Positions 17,634-26,695 of a stretch of 64,000 bases of DNA are shown piece after piece. The first letter of the stretch is position 1; every line of letters begins with the position of its first letter. The translations under genes were made by a program, and so were the position numbers. Source of the stretch: Burkholderiales bacterium (lineage in GTDB: Bacteria > Pseudomonadota > Gammaproteobacteria > Burkholderiales > CAIKXV01); contig JBIITW010000002.1 of assembly GCA_044340265.1 (NCBI GenBank), positions 63 to 64,062 on the forward strand. The letters run 5' to 3'. The notes under the pieces are model-generated. The model did no database searches. It was not told where the DNA came from and was given only the letters and a program-made list of their open reading frames with translations.

Positions 17634-18809
17634 GTGATGATTCCCTACGGTAGACAGGCGATCTCGGAAGAGGACATCGCGGCAGTGACCGCGGTGCTCA
17701 GGTCGGACTTTATCACCCAGGGGCCGGTAGTACCGGCATTCGAAAAAGCAGTGGCCACCTACGTGGGCGTGCAGCATGCGGTGGCGGTCAACAGCGCCAC
17801 CAGTGCGCTGCACATCGCGTGCCTCGCGCTGGACGTGGGGCCGGGCGACCGGGTCTGGACCACGCCGATCACGTTCGTCGCCAGCGCGAACTGCGCGGTG
17901 TACTGCGGCGCCCGGATCGATTTCGTCGATATCGACCCGCGTACCTACACGCTCTGCCCGCAGCGGCTCGCCGAGAAGCTCGAGGCGGCGAAGCGCGAGG
18001 GCACGCTGCCCAAGGTGGTGATTCCGGTGCACCTCGCCGGGCAATCCGCGGACATGAAGTCGATCCACGCGCTCGGCCAGCAGTACGGGTTCCGCATCAT
18101 TGAAGACGCCTCGCATGCGATCGGCGGCAGCTATCTCGGCCGCAAGGTCGGCGACTGCGCGTTCAGCGACATCACGGTGTTCAGCTTCCATCCGGTGAAG
18201 ATCGTCACGACCGGTGAAGGGGGCATGGCGCTGACCAACGACGCACGGCTCGCCAAACGCATGGCGCGACTGCGCAGCCATGGCGTGACCCGGTATCCGT
18301 CGGAGATGTCGCAGCCGCCGGATGGCTCCTGGTACTACGAGCAGATCGAACTCGGGTTCAACTACCGGATGACCGATATCCAGGCCGCGCTCGGCCTGAG
18401 CCAGATGGGCCGGCTGGACACGTTCGTCGCCGCCCGGCACGCGATCGCTGATCGATACGAGCGATGGCTCGAGCCGTTTTCACTCACGCGACCCTGGCAG
18501 CACCCAGATACACATTCGGCACTGCATCTGTACATCGTCCGGGTGCCGCCGGGCAGCGCGCACGGCAGCCATCGCGAGGTTTTCGAGCGCCTGCGCGGCG
18601 ACGGAATCGGCGTCAACCTGCATTACATCCCGGTGTATCGCCAACCCTACTACCAGCGCATGGGGTATGCCGGCACCGAGTTCCCGAATTCCGAGCAGTA
18701 CTACCGGGAAGCGATCAGCCTGCCGATCTTCCCGGGCCTGACGGAGGCGGAACAGTTGCAGGTCGTGGGCTGCCTGACCCGCTCGTCCGGCTACCAGACG
18801 TTGTTCTGA
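17634..18809 (+). CDS. pseC: UDP-4-amino-4,6-dideoxy-N-acetyl-beta-L-altrosamine transaminase (PseC)
   Basis: MIPYGRQ N-terminus, NSATSALH, and SFHPVKIVTTGEGG (PLP-lysine region) typical of the PseC subgroup of DegT aminotransferases. First gene of an operon with pseF/G/H/I. Confidence 0.8.
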   Translation: MMIPYGRQAISEEDIAAVTAVLRSDFITQGPVVPAFEKAVATYVGVQHAVAVNSATSALHIACLALDVGPGDRVWTTPITFVASANCAVYCGARIDFVDIDPRTYTLCPQRLAEKLEAAKREGTLPKVVIPVHLAGQSADMKSIHALGQQYGFRIIEDASHAIGGSYLGRKVGDCAFSDITVFSFHPVKIVTTGEGGMALTNDARLAKRMARLRSHGVTRYPSEMSQPPDGSWYYEQIELGFNYRMTDIQAALGLSQMGRLDTFVAARHAIADRYERWLEPFSLTRPWQHPDTHSALHLYIVRVPPGSAHGSHREVFERLRGDGIGVNLHYIPVYRQPYYQRMGYAGTEFPNSEQYYREAISLPIFPGLTEAEQLQVVGCLTRSSGYQTLF

Positions 18810-18846
18810 CCGCTGGAAGCGCGGTTGTCCATAGCAGGCCCTCCCG

Positions 18847-19215
18847 ATGATCCAGTGCACCGTCCTAGAACTGCCCACCTTCAGCGATCCACGCGGGGCG
18901 CTGACGGTACTTGATGGCGCGCTGCCGTTCGAGCCGGTGCGCACCTACTGGATCTACGGGGCGGATGGCCAGGTGCGCGGCGGACATCGGCACCGGCTTT
19001 CCCGCCAGGCGCTGGTTGCCGTGCACGGCAGCGTCAGCGTATTCATGAACGACGGCACCGACCACGGTGACATCCTCCTCGAGTCGCCCTCGCGCTGCCT
19101 GCTGGTGGAGCCTTGGCACTGGCACACGATGACCTTCGGTGCGGGTGCCATCCTGCTCGTGATGTCATCCCGGCCCTACGACCGCTCCGACTATATCGAT
19201 GAGCCCTATGAGTGA
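18847..19215 (+). CDS. Sugar 3,4-ketoisomerase, FdtA/QdtA/WxcM-like cupin
   Basis: 122 aa. FSDPRGALTV, VRGGHRHRLSRQALVAVHGSVSVF, PWHWHTM and YDRSDYI follow the FdtA-type cupin pattern. Confidence 0.75.
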   Translation: MIQCTVLELPTFSDPRGALTVLDGALPFEPVRTYWIYGADGQVRGGHRHRLSRQALVAVHGSVSVFMNDGTDHGDILLESPSRCLLVEPWHWHTMTFGAGAILLVMSSRPYDRSDYIDEPYE

Positions 19216-20344
19216 CGTGCTCCAGCCTGGCGATGCCCCGATCGAGTATGAGCAACTGGCGCGTTCGAATGCCGTGTTCCTCGACGAAATGGTGGCGGCG
19301 GCTGCCCGGGTGATCCGCAGTGGCTGGTACGTGCTGGGCGAGGAAGTGCGCGCGTTCGAGCAGGAGTTCGCCGCCTGGGTCGGTGCGCGTCACTGCGTCG
19401 GGGTTGCAAATGGCCTTGACGCGCTGGAGTTGTCGTTCGAGGCTTTCGACCTGCCGCGAGGTTCAGGGGTCCTGGTGGCCTCGAACAGCTACATCGCAAC
19501 GATCCTGGCGATTCAGCGTGCAGGTCTGGTGCCGGTGCTTGTCGAACCCGTCCTCGAAACGTTCAACACCGATCCGGACCGCCTGCGTGCGGCAATGGCT
19601 CCCGGGGTGAGGGCGATCTGCGTCACGCACCTGTTCGGCAAGGCCTGCCGGATGGACGAGATCGTCGCTTTCGCGCGGCAGCACGACCTGCGGCTTGTCG
19701 AGGACTGCGCCCAGTCGCACGGCGCCAGGTTCGGCGGCCGCATGACAGGAACCTTCGGCGAGACCGGCTGCTTCAGCTTCTATCCGACCAAGAATCTCGG
19801 CGCGGCGGGCGATGCCGGGGCCGTCGTGACCGATGACGCAGCGCTGGCCGAGCGGTTGCGGCACATGCGCAACTACGGCTCGACGAAGAAGTACGAAAAC
19901 GTCTATCCCGGCGCCAATTCACGCCTCGACGAGATACAGGCTGCGATGTTGCGCGTGAAGCTGCGTGCGCTCGACGCGGTCACCGCCCACAAGCGTGCGC
20001 TGGCCGCGCGCTACTTCGACGCACTGGCGCCCCTGGCTGCGCGCGGGGCTCTCGTGCTCCCGAGGCAGCAGGCCGACGAGTTCGACGTGTTCCATATCTT
20101 CGCGGTCCGGCACCGAAGGCGCGACGCGCTGCGCGAGTACCTGCTAGCGCAGGGCATCCGCACCGAGGTGCACTACCCGATCCCGCCCTACCGGCAGAAG
20201 GCGATGGAGGGCGTGCTTTCTGGCGACTGGCCGATCTCGGATGAATTGCACGCGACCGAGCTCAGCCTGCCCATATCGATCGGGCATACGGCGGCGGAAG
20301 TCGACCGGGTAGCTGCCGCAGTGGCTGCGTTCTGTGCGGCCTGA
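19199..20344 (+). CDS. DegT/DnrJ/EryC1/StrS family sugar aminotransferase (FdtB/QdtB-like)
   Basis: GVANGLDALELS, FYPTKNLGAAGDAG (PLP lysine) and NSRLDEIQAAML motifs. Overlaps the end of the ketoisomerase gene (alternative ATG at 19208). Confidence 0.8.
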   Translation: MSPMSDVLQPGDAPIEYEQLARSNAVFLDEMVAAAARVIRSGWYVLGEEVRAFEQEFAAWVGARHCVGVANGLDALELSFEAFDLPRGSGVLVASNSYIATILAIQRAGLVPVLVEPVLETFNTDPDRLRAAMAPGVRAICVTHLFGKACRMDEIVAFARQHDLRLVEDCAQSHGARFGGRMTGTFGETGCFSFYPTKNLGAAGDAGAVVTDDAALAERLRHMRNYGSTKKYENVYPGANSRLDEIQAAMLRVKLRALDAVTAHKRALAARYFDALAPLAARGALVLPRQQADEFDVFHIFAVRHRRRDALREYLLAQGIRTEVHYPIPPYRQKAMEGVLSGDWPISDELHATELSLPISIGHTAAEVDRVAAAVAAFCAA

Positions 20345-20374
20345 CTGCACCGGCCGCGGCACGGGACGCAGGCA

Positions 20375-21070
20375 ATGAACGTCGCGGTGATTCCTGCCCG
20401 GGGTGGCAGCAAGCGGATCCCACGCAAGAACGTGCGTTCATTCGCGGGCCGGCCCTTGATCGCCCGCGCGATCCAGACCGCGCGCAGCAGCGGCTGCTTC
20501 GACAGCGTCCTCGTGTCCACCGACGATCCCGAGATCGCGTCGATCGCGGCCGCAGCTGGGGCGCATGTCCCCTTCATGCGGCCCGCCGAGTTGGCGGATG
20601 ACTTCACCGGCACGATCCCGGTCGTGCAACATGCGGTGCAATGGCTGGTGGACCAGGGCGAAGCGCCCGAGTTCGTCTGCTGTCTTTACCCCGCCGCCGT
20701 GCTGCTCGAAGCCTCCGCGCTGGCCGACGCACTCGAACTGCTGCGCAGCAGCGGTCTGGACTTCTGCTTCGGCGCCATCGCCTACCCGCATCCGGTCGAA
20801 CGGGCGATCGTGATCGAGCCTGGCGGCGCGGCGCGCATGCGTGATCCGACGCAGGCGCAGCGACGAACACAGGATCTCCAGCCGGCATTCCATGACGCCG
20901 GGCAGTTCTGCTGGGGAAGGGCAAGGGCGTTCCAGCGCGGGGGATCCCCGCTGGTCGAAGGCGCAGCCGCGTTGGTGCTTCCTCGGCAACGAGTGGTCGA
21001 TATCGACACGGAAGAGGACTGGCAACTCGCCGAGGCGCTCTATGCCGCACTTGGCGATTCCGGGCGCTGA
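20375..21070 (+). CDS. pseF: Pseudaminic acid cytidylyltransferase (PseF)
   Basis: VIPARGGSKRIPRKN acylneuraminate-cytidylyltransferase P-loop. About 230 aa. Lies directly before pseG. Confidence 0.8.
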   Translation: MNVAVIPARGGSKRIPRKNVRSFAGRPLIARAIQTARSSGCFDSVLVSTDDPEIASIAAAAGAHVPFMRPAELADDFTGTIPVVQHAVQWLVDQGEAPEFVCCLYPAAVLLEASALADALELLRSSGLDFCFGAIAYPHPVERAIVIEPGGAARMRDPTQAQRRTQDLQPAFHDAGQFCWGRARAFQRGGSPLVEGAAALVLPRQRVVDIDTEEDWQLAEALYAALGDSGR

Positions 21071-21072
21071 GC

Positions 21073-22131
21073 GTGCGCGTCGTATTCCGCGTCGATGCGT
21101 CGGCCGTCCTCGGTACAGGGCATGTGATGCGTTGCCTCGCGCTGGCAGACGCGCTTGGTGCGATGGGCGTTGCCTGCAGCTTCGTCGCTACCGGTCCTGA
21201 CCCGACGCTCGCGGCGACTTTCGCTGGCAAGGAGCATCCGCTCTCGATCATCGATCCGCGGGTTGTCATGGACCCAGCGTGTGATGCGATCGCCTTCCTC
21301 GATCATCTGCAGGAGCGTACGGACTGGGTTGTCGTGGATCACTACGGGCTTGACGCCCGGTGGGAATCGGCGGTCCGCCCGCGCGTCGGCCGACTGCTGG
21401 TAATCGACGACCTTGCAGACCGTACCCACCACTGCGACGTGCTGGTCGATCCAGGTGTCGCGCGGCTCGCGTCTGACTACCGACCGCTGGTTCCGTCGCG
21501 CGCCCGGCTGCTGCTCGGGCCGGCCTACGCATTGCTGCGTCCCCGGTTTGCGGCGCTCCATGCCGGCGCGCCGCGCTGGCCTGAGACGCGCCGCGCACAC
21601 GTCTTTGTCGGTGGAGGGGGGCATGCACAGGCCCTGCCGTTGTTGTGCAGCGCACTGCTCAGGATCGATCCGCAGGTCGCCCTGGCCGCGGCGGGCTCGG
21701 CGGATCCAGCGTCGATGTCAGCGCTGCAAGCTGCGTTCCCCGGCCGCATCGATTGGCAGATGCGGGTCGCGGACATGGCAACCCATATGGTTGCCTGCTC
21801 CGTTGCTGTGGGATCGCCAGGCGGGGCTACGTGGGAGCGCGCATGCCTGGGCCTGCCCTCTGCGCTGCTCGCCACGGCACCGAACCAGCATCCGGTGCTG
21901 GCGGCGCTGGCATCGCTCGGGTTTTGCGTCGACCTGGGGCGGGTCGATGAGGCCACTTCCGATGGACTCGAATCGACCCTGCGCTCGTTCCTGGCGGATA
22001 CCGAGGCGCTGTCGGGGATGCGCGACCGCTTGATCGAAGCAGTCGATGGTCGCGGCACGAACCGAGTTGCGGCCATCATCGCGGGGGGCGCGGCAGCCAG
22101 CGCCCCGGCGCCTGGCGCGGAGGTGACATGA
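21073..22131 (+). CDS. pseG: UDP-2,4-diacetamido-2,4,6-trideoxy-beta-L-altropyranose hydrolase (PseG)
   Basis: GTG start. RVVFRVDASAVLGTGHVMRCLALADAL is the typical PseG N-terminus. ATGA overlap with pseH. Confidence 0.8.
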   Translation: MRVVFRVDASAVLGTGHVMRCLALADALGAMGVACSFVATGPDPTLAATFAGKEHPLSIIDPRVVMDPACDAIAFLDHLQERTDWVVVDHYGLDARWESAVRPRVGRLLVIDDLADRTHHCDVLVDPGVARLASDYRPLVPSRARLLLGPAYALLRPRFAALHAGAPRWPETRRAHVFVGGGGHAQALPLLCSALLRIDPQVALAAAGSADPASMSALQAAFPGRIDWQMRVADMATHMVACSVAVGSPGGATWERACLGLPSALLATAPNQHPVLAALASLGFCVDLGRVDEATSDGLESTLRSFLADTEALSGMRDRLIEAVDGRGTNRVAAIIAGGAAASAPAPGAEVT

Positions 22132-22637
22132 TGGGAAAGCCGGTGCTCGCCGCGCATCATCCCGATCAGGACCTGGCAACTGTCGCCTGGCTCAACTCGG
22201 AGGACCTGCGCACTTCTTTCGGACTGCGTCGCATCCTTACGCTCGACGACCACCGGCAATGGTTGCGTGCAACAGAAGATATTGTCATCCGTGCGATCAA
22301 GGACGAAAGCGGCGCTCATGTCGGAAACACGCTGCTGAAGCTCAACCGGGTGCACCGGTCGGGATACTTCCAGATCTACATCGGTGAGCGCGCGGCACGC
22401 GGCCGGGGAATCGGCCGAGCCGCCCTTTGCGAGATGCTGGAATGCGGTTTCGTCGAGCACGGGCTGCATCGGATCTGGCTGCACACGTTCCCGGACAATG
22501 TCCGGGCTCAATCGCTTTATTGCAGCGTGGGGTTTGTCCACGAGGGCTTCGAGCGCGATGCAATCCGCGTAGAAGACAGCTACGTAAGCCAGAATCGCTG
22601 GTCGCTCCTCGCGCCCGAGTGGCGGGCCCGTCGGTGA
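22128..22637 (+). CDS. pseH: GNAT N-acetyltransferase, PseH-like
   Basis: 169-aa GNAT. RGRGIGRAAL acetyl-CoA motif and LHRIWLHTFPDNVRAQSLY block. Translationally coupled to pseG. Confidence 0.7.
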   Translation: MMGKPVLAAHHPDQDLATVAWLNSEDLRTSFGLRRILTLDDHRQWLRATEDIVIRAIKDESGAHVGNTLLKLNRVHRSGYFQIYIGERAARGRGIGRAALCEMLECGFVEHGLHRIWLHTFPDNVRAQSLYCSVGFVHEGFERDAIRVEDSYVSQNRWSLLAPEWRARR

Positions 22638-22702
22638 CGGCTGATCGTGAAACCGGCCCGCTTGAAGTGGCTTCGTGCGCCATGCGGCTCGAGGTCTGAA
22701 GG

Positions 22703-23428
22703 ATGCGCTGCGCGATCATGCAGCCGACCTACCTGCCCTGGGCTGGCTATCTCAATCTGATGGCGAGCGTGGACTGTTTCGTCTATCTCGATGACGCACA
22801 GTTCGAACGTTCGTCGTGGCAACATCGGAACCGGTTGCTTGTTGGCGGCGCCCCAGCATGGTTGACGGTACCTGTCTTTCGCGGATTCCTCGGCGAGACC
22901 ATTGAGCAGGTGCGGGTCGCTGACGACCAACCGTGGCGACACAAGCATCTCGGGACTCTTGCCGCGGCATACGGCAGGCACCCGTTCCACGCTCAGGTGC
23001 GCGAGGCGATCGCACCCGTGCTGGAAGACCGTACGCGGGGGGCGCTGGCTGACTTGAACATGGCCCTGCTCGCAGCATTGCGCCTGCAACTCGGCATAAG
23101 GACACCATTGCTGCGATCCAGCCAGCTGGGTGTCCCGGGCGCGAGAACGGATCGGTTGATCAGGATTCTCCAGCAACTGGGCGCTACGGAGTATGTAACC
23201 CCGCCGGGTGCCTTGGGGTATCTTCGAGAGGACCGGTTCGCCGAGAATTGCGGGATCAACCTTCTCGTCCATGATTTCGTGCCGGCGCCCTATGTACAGC
23301 GGGGCGGCGCCCCGTTCGTGAGTCATCTCTCCATCATCGACGTCGCCGCCCACCTGGGTTGGACGGCAACCGCAAGCTATATAAGGCCGTTGCTGCCCGC
23401 GTATCGGCCTGACGAGGACGCAACATGA
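22703..23428 (+). CDS. WbqC-like family protein (function unknown)
   Basis: MRCAIMQPTYLPWAGYLNLM N-terminus and overall ~240-aa size match the WbqC-like family found in O-antigen loci. Confidence 0.7.
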   Translation: MRCAIMQPTYLPWAGYLNLMASVDCFVYLDDAQFERSSWQHRNRLLVGGAPAWLTVPVFRGFLGETIEQVRVADDQPWRHKHLGTLAAAYGRHPFHAQVREAIAPVLEDRTRGALADLNMALLAALRLQLGIRTPLLRSSQLGVPGARTDRLIRILQQLGATEYVTPPGALGYLREDRFAENCGINLLVHDFVPAPYVQRGGAPFVSHLSIIDVAAHLGWTATASYIRPLLPAYRPDEDAT

Positions 23429-24321
23429 ATGCGAAGACGCCGTACCGGCTGGAGCCGCATGAGCAGTTCGGCTTCCTGCAGATCAAGCCCGTGCCCAGCG
23501 CCGAGGATATCGCCCGCTTCTATTCGGAAGAGTTCTACAGCGGGGAGTACCGGTATTTCAACAACTCCGCGCGCGAAGTGCAGGAGGCTGATCAGGCCTT
23601 CCACGACGGGCATCGCTCCGACATCTGCGCCACGATAGAGCGATTGCGCGGGCGACCTGTGGCTGGAACCACGGTGCTGGATATCGGATGCGGATGGGGC
23701 CTTACGCTCAAGTACCTGAAGGCGCGCGGCGCACAATGCTCCGGTTTCGATCCCGCGCCCGAAGCTGTCGACTTCGTTCGGTCTTGCGGCATCGAATGCG
23801 TGCAGGGCGGCATGGACCGGATGGACGTGTTCGGCGAGCGCCGCTTCGATGTCGTCATGCTGATGAACGTGCTCGAGCATCTGGCAGACCCGGTGCAGGT
23901 CCTGCAGCAGATCAAGAGCCGACTGCTTGCGCCGGGAGGCATGCTGGTGATCGAGGTGCCGAACGAGTTCAATGCGTTCCAGCTTGCGGCGCAGGAGGTC
24001 TACGGGCTCGATCAGTGGTGGGTCGCGCCCCCTGCGCACCTGAACTACTTCAATCCGGAAACGTTGCGGCGGGTTATCGAAGGATGCGCGATGCAGGTTG
24101 CGCATCAAGAGGCTTCCTTCCCGATGGAGCTTTTCCTGCTCATGGGCCAGAACTACGTCGGTGCGCGCGAGCTCGGCCGGGCCTGCCACCAATCGCGAAT
24201 GGCATTCGAGGCCAATCTGCGGAGCACCGGTCATGCCGGCGCCCTGTCGGCTTTCTACCAGGCGCTGGCAGCTGCCGGACTCGGTCGCCAGGTGATCGTG
24301 TACGCGGTGCCGGCGGCATGA
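23425..24321 (+). CDS. Class I SAM-dependent methyltransferase
   Basis: VLDIGCGWG (motif I) and FDVVMLMNVLEHLADP (motif II/III). ATGA overlaps at both ends. Confidence 0.75.
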   Translation: MNAKTPYRLEPHEQFGFLQIKPVPSAEDIARFYSEEFYSGEYRYFNNSAREVQEADQAFHDGHRSDICATIERLRGRPVAGTTVLDIGCGWGLTLKYLKARGAQCSGFDPAPEAVDFVRSCGIECVQGGMDRMDVFGERRFDVVMLMNVLEHLADPVQVLQQIKSRLLAPGGMLVIEVPNEFNAFQLAAQEVYGLDQWWVAPPAHLNYFNPETLRRVIEGCAMQVAHQEASFPMELFLLMGQNYVGARELGRACHQSRMAFEANLRSTGHAGALSAFYQALAAAGLGRQVIVYAVPAA

Positions 24322-25628
24322 AGATACTCAATCTGGGCGGCGCGACGGCGGTTCTCGAGCATCGTGACAGGCGGATGCTGTTCGATCCCTGGCTGGACGA
24401 CGGGATCTTCCACGGATCGTGGTTCCACTGGCCACCGGCAGCCGCAACCGTGGAAACCCTGGGCCGGGTGGATTACGTCTACATCTCGCACATCCATGAG
24501 GACCACTGCTCCGCAGGCACGATCCAGTACCTCAATCGTGATGCCGAGGTGATCATCATGGACCGGAAGCCGAATTTCGTGCTTTCCTTTCTGAAGAGCC
24601 ACGGCTTCGATTTCCGTCGGGTGCACCTGGTGCCACCGCGCAAGGGAATGCAGATTGCTCCGGACATCCATGTGGACATGATCGAGGCCGATCCGGCTAA
24701 CGAGATGTCGTACTTGATCGATTCCCAGCTGGTCGTGCGCTGGGACGGCACGACAGTGTTCAATGCGAACGACTGCCAGCCCCACGAGTCGGGCTTGAGT
24801 TATCTCAAGATGCATTATCCGGACATCGATCTGGCGCTGCTGCCTTACTCCGGAGGCTCTGGTTATCCGGGGTGCTATTCCAACCTGAGCAATGAGCAGA
24901 AGACGGCCGAGTGCGACCGTATCCTTGCCGCTCGGGTCGCGGCGTTCGTCTCGGCGGCAGGCGCGATCGGGGCTCGTTGGGTCATGCCGTTCGCGGACCA
25001 GTACGTCGTGGGCGGGAGCCGTCGGCACCTGAATCGCTTCGTGTCGCATGCGGCGTCCGCAGGCGTGGTGCGCGACCCGATGCTGCGGGCAGGGCTGGCG
25101 GACCGACTCGTCCTGCTCAATAGCGGGCAGCGGTTCGACCTGCAGACCGGCGCGCACGCGCCCGACGAACCCTACCGCATGCACTCGGAATCGGACCGTG
25201 ACGACTATGCCGACCGCGAACTGGCCGGTGCGCTGTACGACCATGAGAAGGTGTCGTTTTCTCCGGCAGTTCCGGCCGATCGCCTCCTCGCTCATGCACG
25301 GGCCCGTCTTTGGCAGCAGCAGGCGAGGCGCGAGACGTTTCCGGACTGGAGGCTCGTGCTCGACTGGGTGACTAGCAGGAGACGATTCGTCATCGACCTT
25401 CGCCACGAGGTGGTCGGGCAGGTGCAATCCCTTTCGCCTTGCGCTCCGGAGATCCCGATGGAAGCACCATTCCTGCGAATCGCCGCCGACGATACCCTCA
25501 TGGTGATGCTGCTGCTCGGGCACGTGTCGTGGAACATCGCCGACGCGGCGCTTTTCCTGGATTACGAGCGCCAGCCTAATGTGTACGATCCGTCGCTATA
25601 CGTGCTGCTCAATTTCCTGAGGATCTGA
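24318..25628 (+). CDS. Metallo-beta-lactamase-fold protein with an uncharacterised C-terminal half
   Basis: ORF 23688..25628 trimmed to MKILNLGGATAVLEH (ATG at 24318). YVYISHIHEDHCS contains the HxHxDH zinc motif. The last ~200 aa have no motif I recognise. Confidence 0.65.
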   Translation: MKILNLGGATAVLEHRDRRMLFDPWLDDGIFHGSWFHWPPAAATVETLGRVDYVYISHIHEDHCSAGTIQYLNRDAEVIIMDRKPNFVLSFLKSHGFDFRRVHLVPPRKGMQIAPDIHVDMIEADPANEMSYLIDSQLVVRWDGTTVFNANDCQPHESGLSYLKMHYPDIDLALLPYSGGSGYPGCYSNLSNEQKTAECDRILAARVAAFVSAAGAIGARWVMPFADQYVVGGSRRHLNRFVSHAASAGVVRDPMLRAGLADRLVLLNSGQRFDLQTGAHAPDEPYRMHSESDRDDYADRELAGALYDHEKVSFSPAVPADRLLAHARARLWQQQARRETFPDWRLVLDWVTSRRRFVIDLRHEVVGQVQSLSPCAPEIPMEAPFLRIAADDTLMVMLLLGHVSWNIADAALFLDYERQPNVYDPSLYVLLNFLRI

Positions 25629-26692
25629 TGATGGATGCGAACACCGGATTCGAGCTGGCCGGACGCCGCATCGGGCGGGATGCACCACCTTTCATCATCG
25701 CGGAGATGTCGGGGAACCACAACCACTCGCTTGAGCGGTCGCTGAGTATCGTCGACGCCGCCGCAACTGCGGGGGCGCACGCGCTGAAGATCCAGACCTT
25801 CACCGCCGACACCATGACGCTGGATCTCGCCGACGGCGACTACCTCGTATCCGACAAAGGCAACCTCTGGCACGGAACCACGCTCCATTCGCTTTACGAG
25901 GACGCCCATACGCCGTGGGAATGGCACCAACCGATCTTCGCGCGTGCGGCACAGCGTGGATTGCTGGCATTCAGCACGCCCTTCGACGCGACCGCGGTGG
26001 ATTTCCTCGAGTCGCTCGACGTGCCCTTCTACAAGATCGCTTCCTTCGAGAACACCGATCTTGAACTGATCCGGCGCGTGGCTGCCACGGGCAAGCCGAT
26101 GCTCGTCTCTACCGGCATGGCATCCGCCGCCGAACTGGAGCGTGCGGTGGGCGCCGCCCGGGAGGCGGGTTGTCGCGACCTGGTGCTGCTCAAGTGCACC
26201 AGTTCGTATCCGGCGACGCCGGAGCACAGCAACGTGGCGACGCTGCCGCACATGCGGGCTTTGTTCTCCTGTGAGGTGGGGCTGTCAGATCACACCATGG
26301 GTGTAGGCGTGGCGGTGGCTGCGGTCGCCTTCGGTGCGACCGTCGTGGAGAAGCATTTCACTCTGTCGCGATCGGAAGGCGGCGTCGATTCCGTGTTCTC
26401 GCTGGAACCCGCCGAGATGGCATCCCTGGTAGCCGAGACCGAGCGGGCATGGCAATCGATCGGCCGGGTGTCCTACGGGCCTACTGCGGCAGAGCGGCGT
26501 TCCCTGATCTATCGCCGCGGGCTACGGGTGGTTGCGGACCTCAATCCGGGCGACGTGATCACCCGGCAGAATGTGCGTGCAATCCGTCCTGGCGGCGAGC
26601 TTTCCACCGGAGAGTGGCCTCTGGTTTTGGGGCGTACTGTGAAGAGGGCTGCGAGGCGCGGCGATGCCCTTACCTTGGACATGCTCAAGTGA
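25628..26692 (+). CDS. pseI: Pseudaminic acid synthase (PseI, NeuB family)
   Basis: PFIIAEMSGNHN, FYKIASFEN and GLSDHTMG blocks plus a C-terminal SAF-like segment. Start overlaps the upstream stop by 1 nt. Confidence 0.9.
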   Translation: MMDANTGFELAGRRIGRDAPPFIIAEMSGNHNHSLERSLSIVDAAATAGAHALKIQTFTADTMTLDLADGDYLVSDKGNLWHGTTLHSLYEDAHTPWEWHQPIFARAAQRGLLAFSTPFDATAVDFLESLDVPFYKIASFENTDLELIRRVAATGKPMLVSTGMASAAELERAVGAAREAGCRDLVLLKCTSSYPATPEHSNVATLPHMRALFSCEVGLSDHTMGVGVAVAAVAFGATVVEKHFTLSRSEGGVDSVFSLEPAEMASLVAETERAWQSIGRVSYGPTAAERRSLIYRRGLRVVADLNPGDVITRQNVRAIRPGGELSTGEWPLVLGRTVKRAARRGDALTLDMLK

Positions 26693-26695
26693 GTC

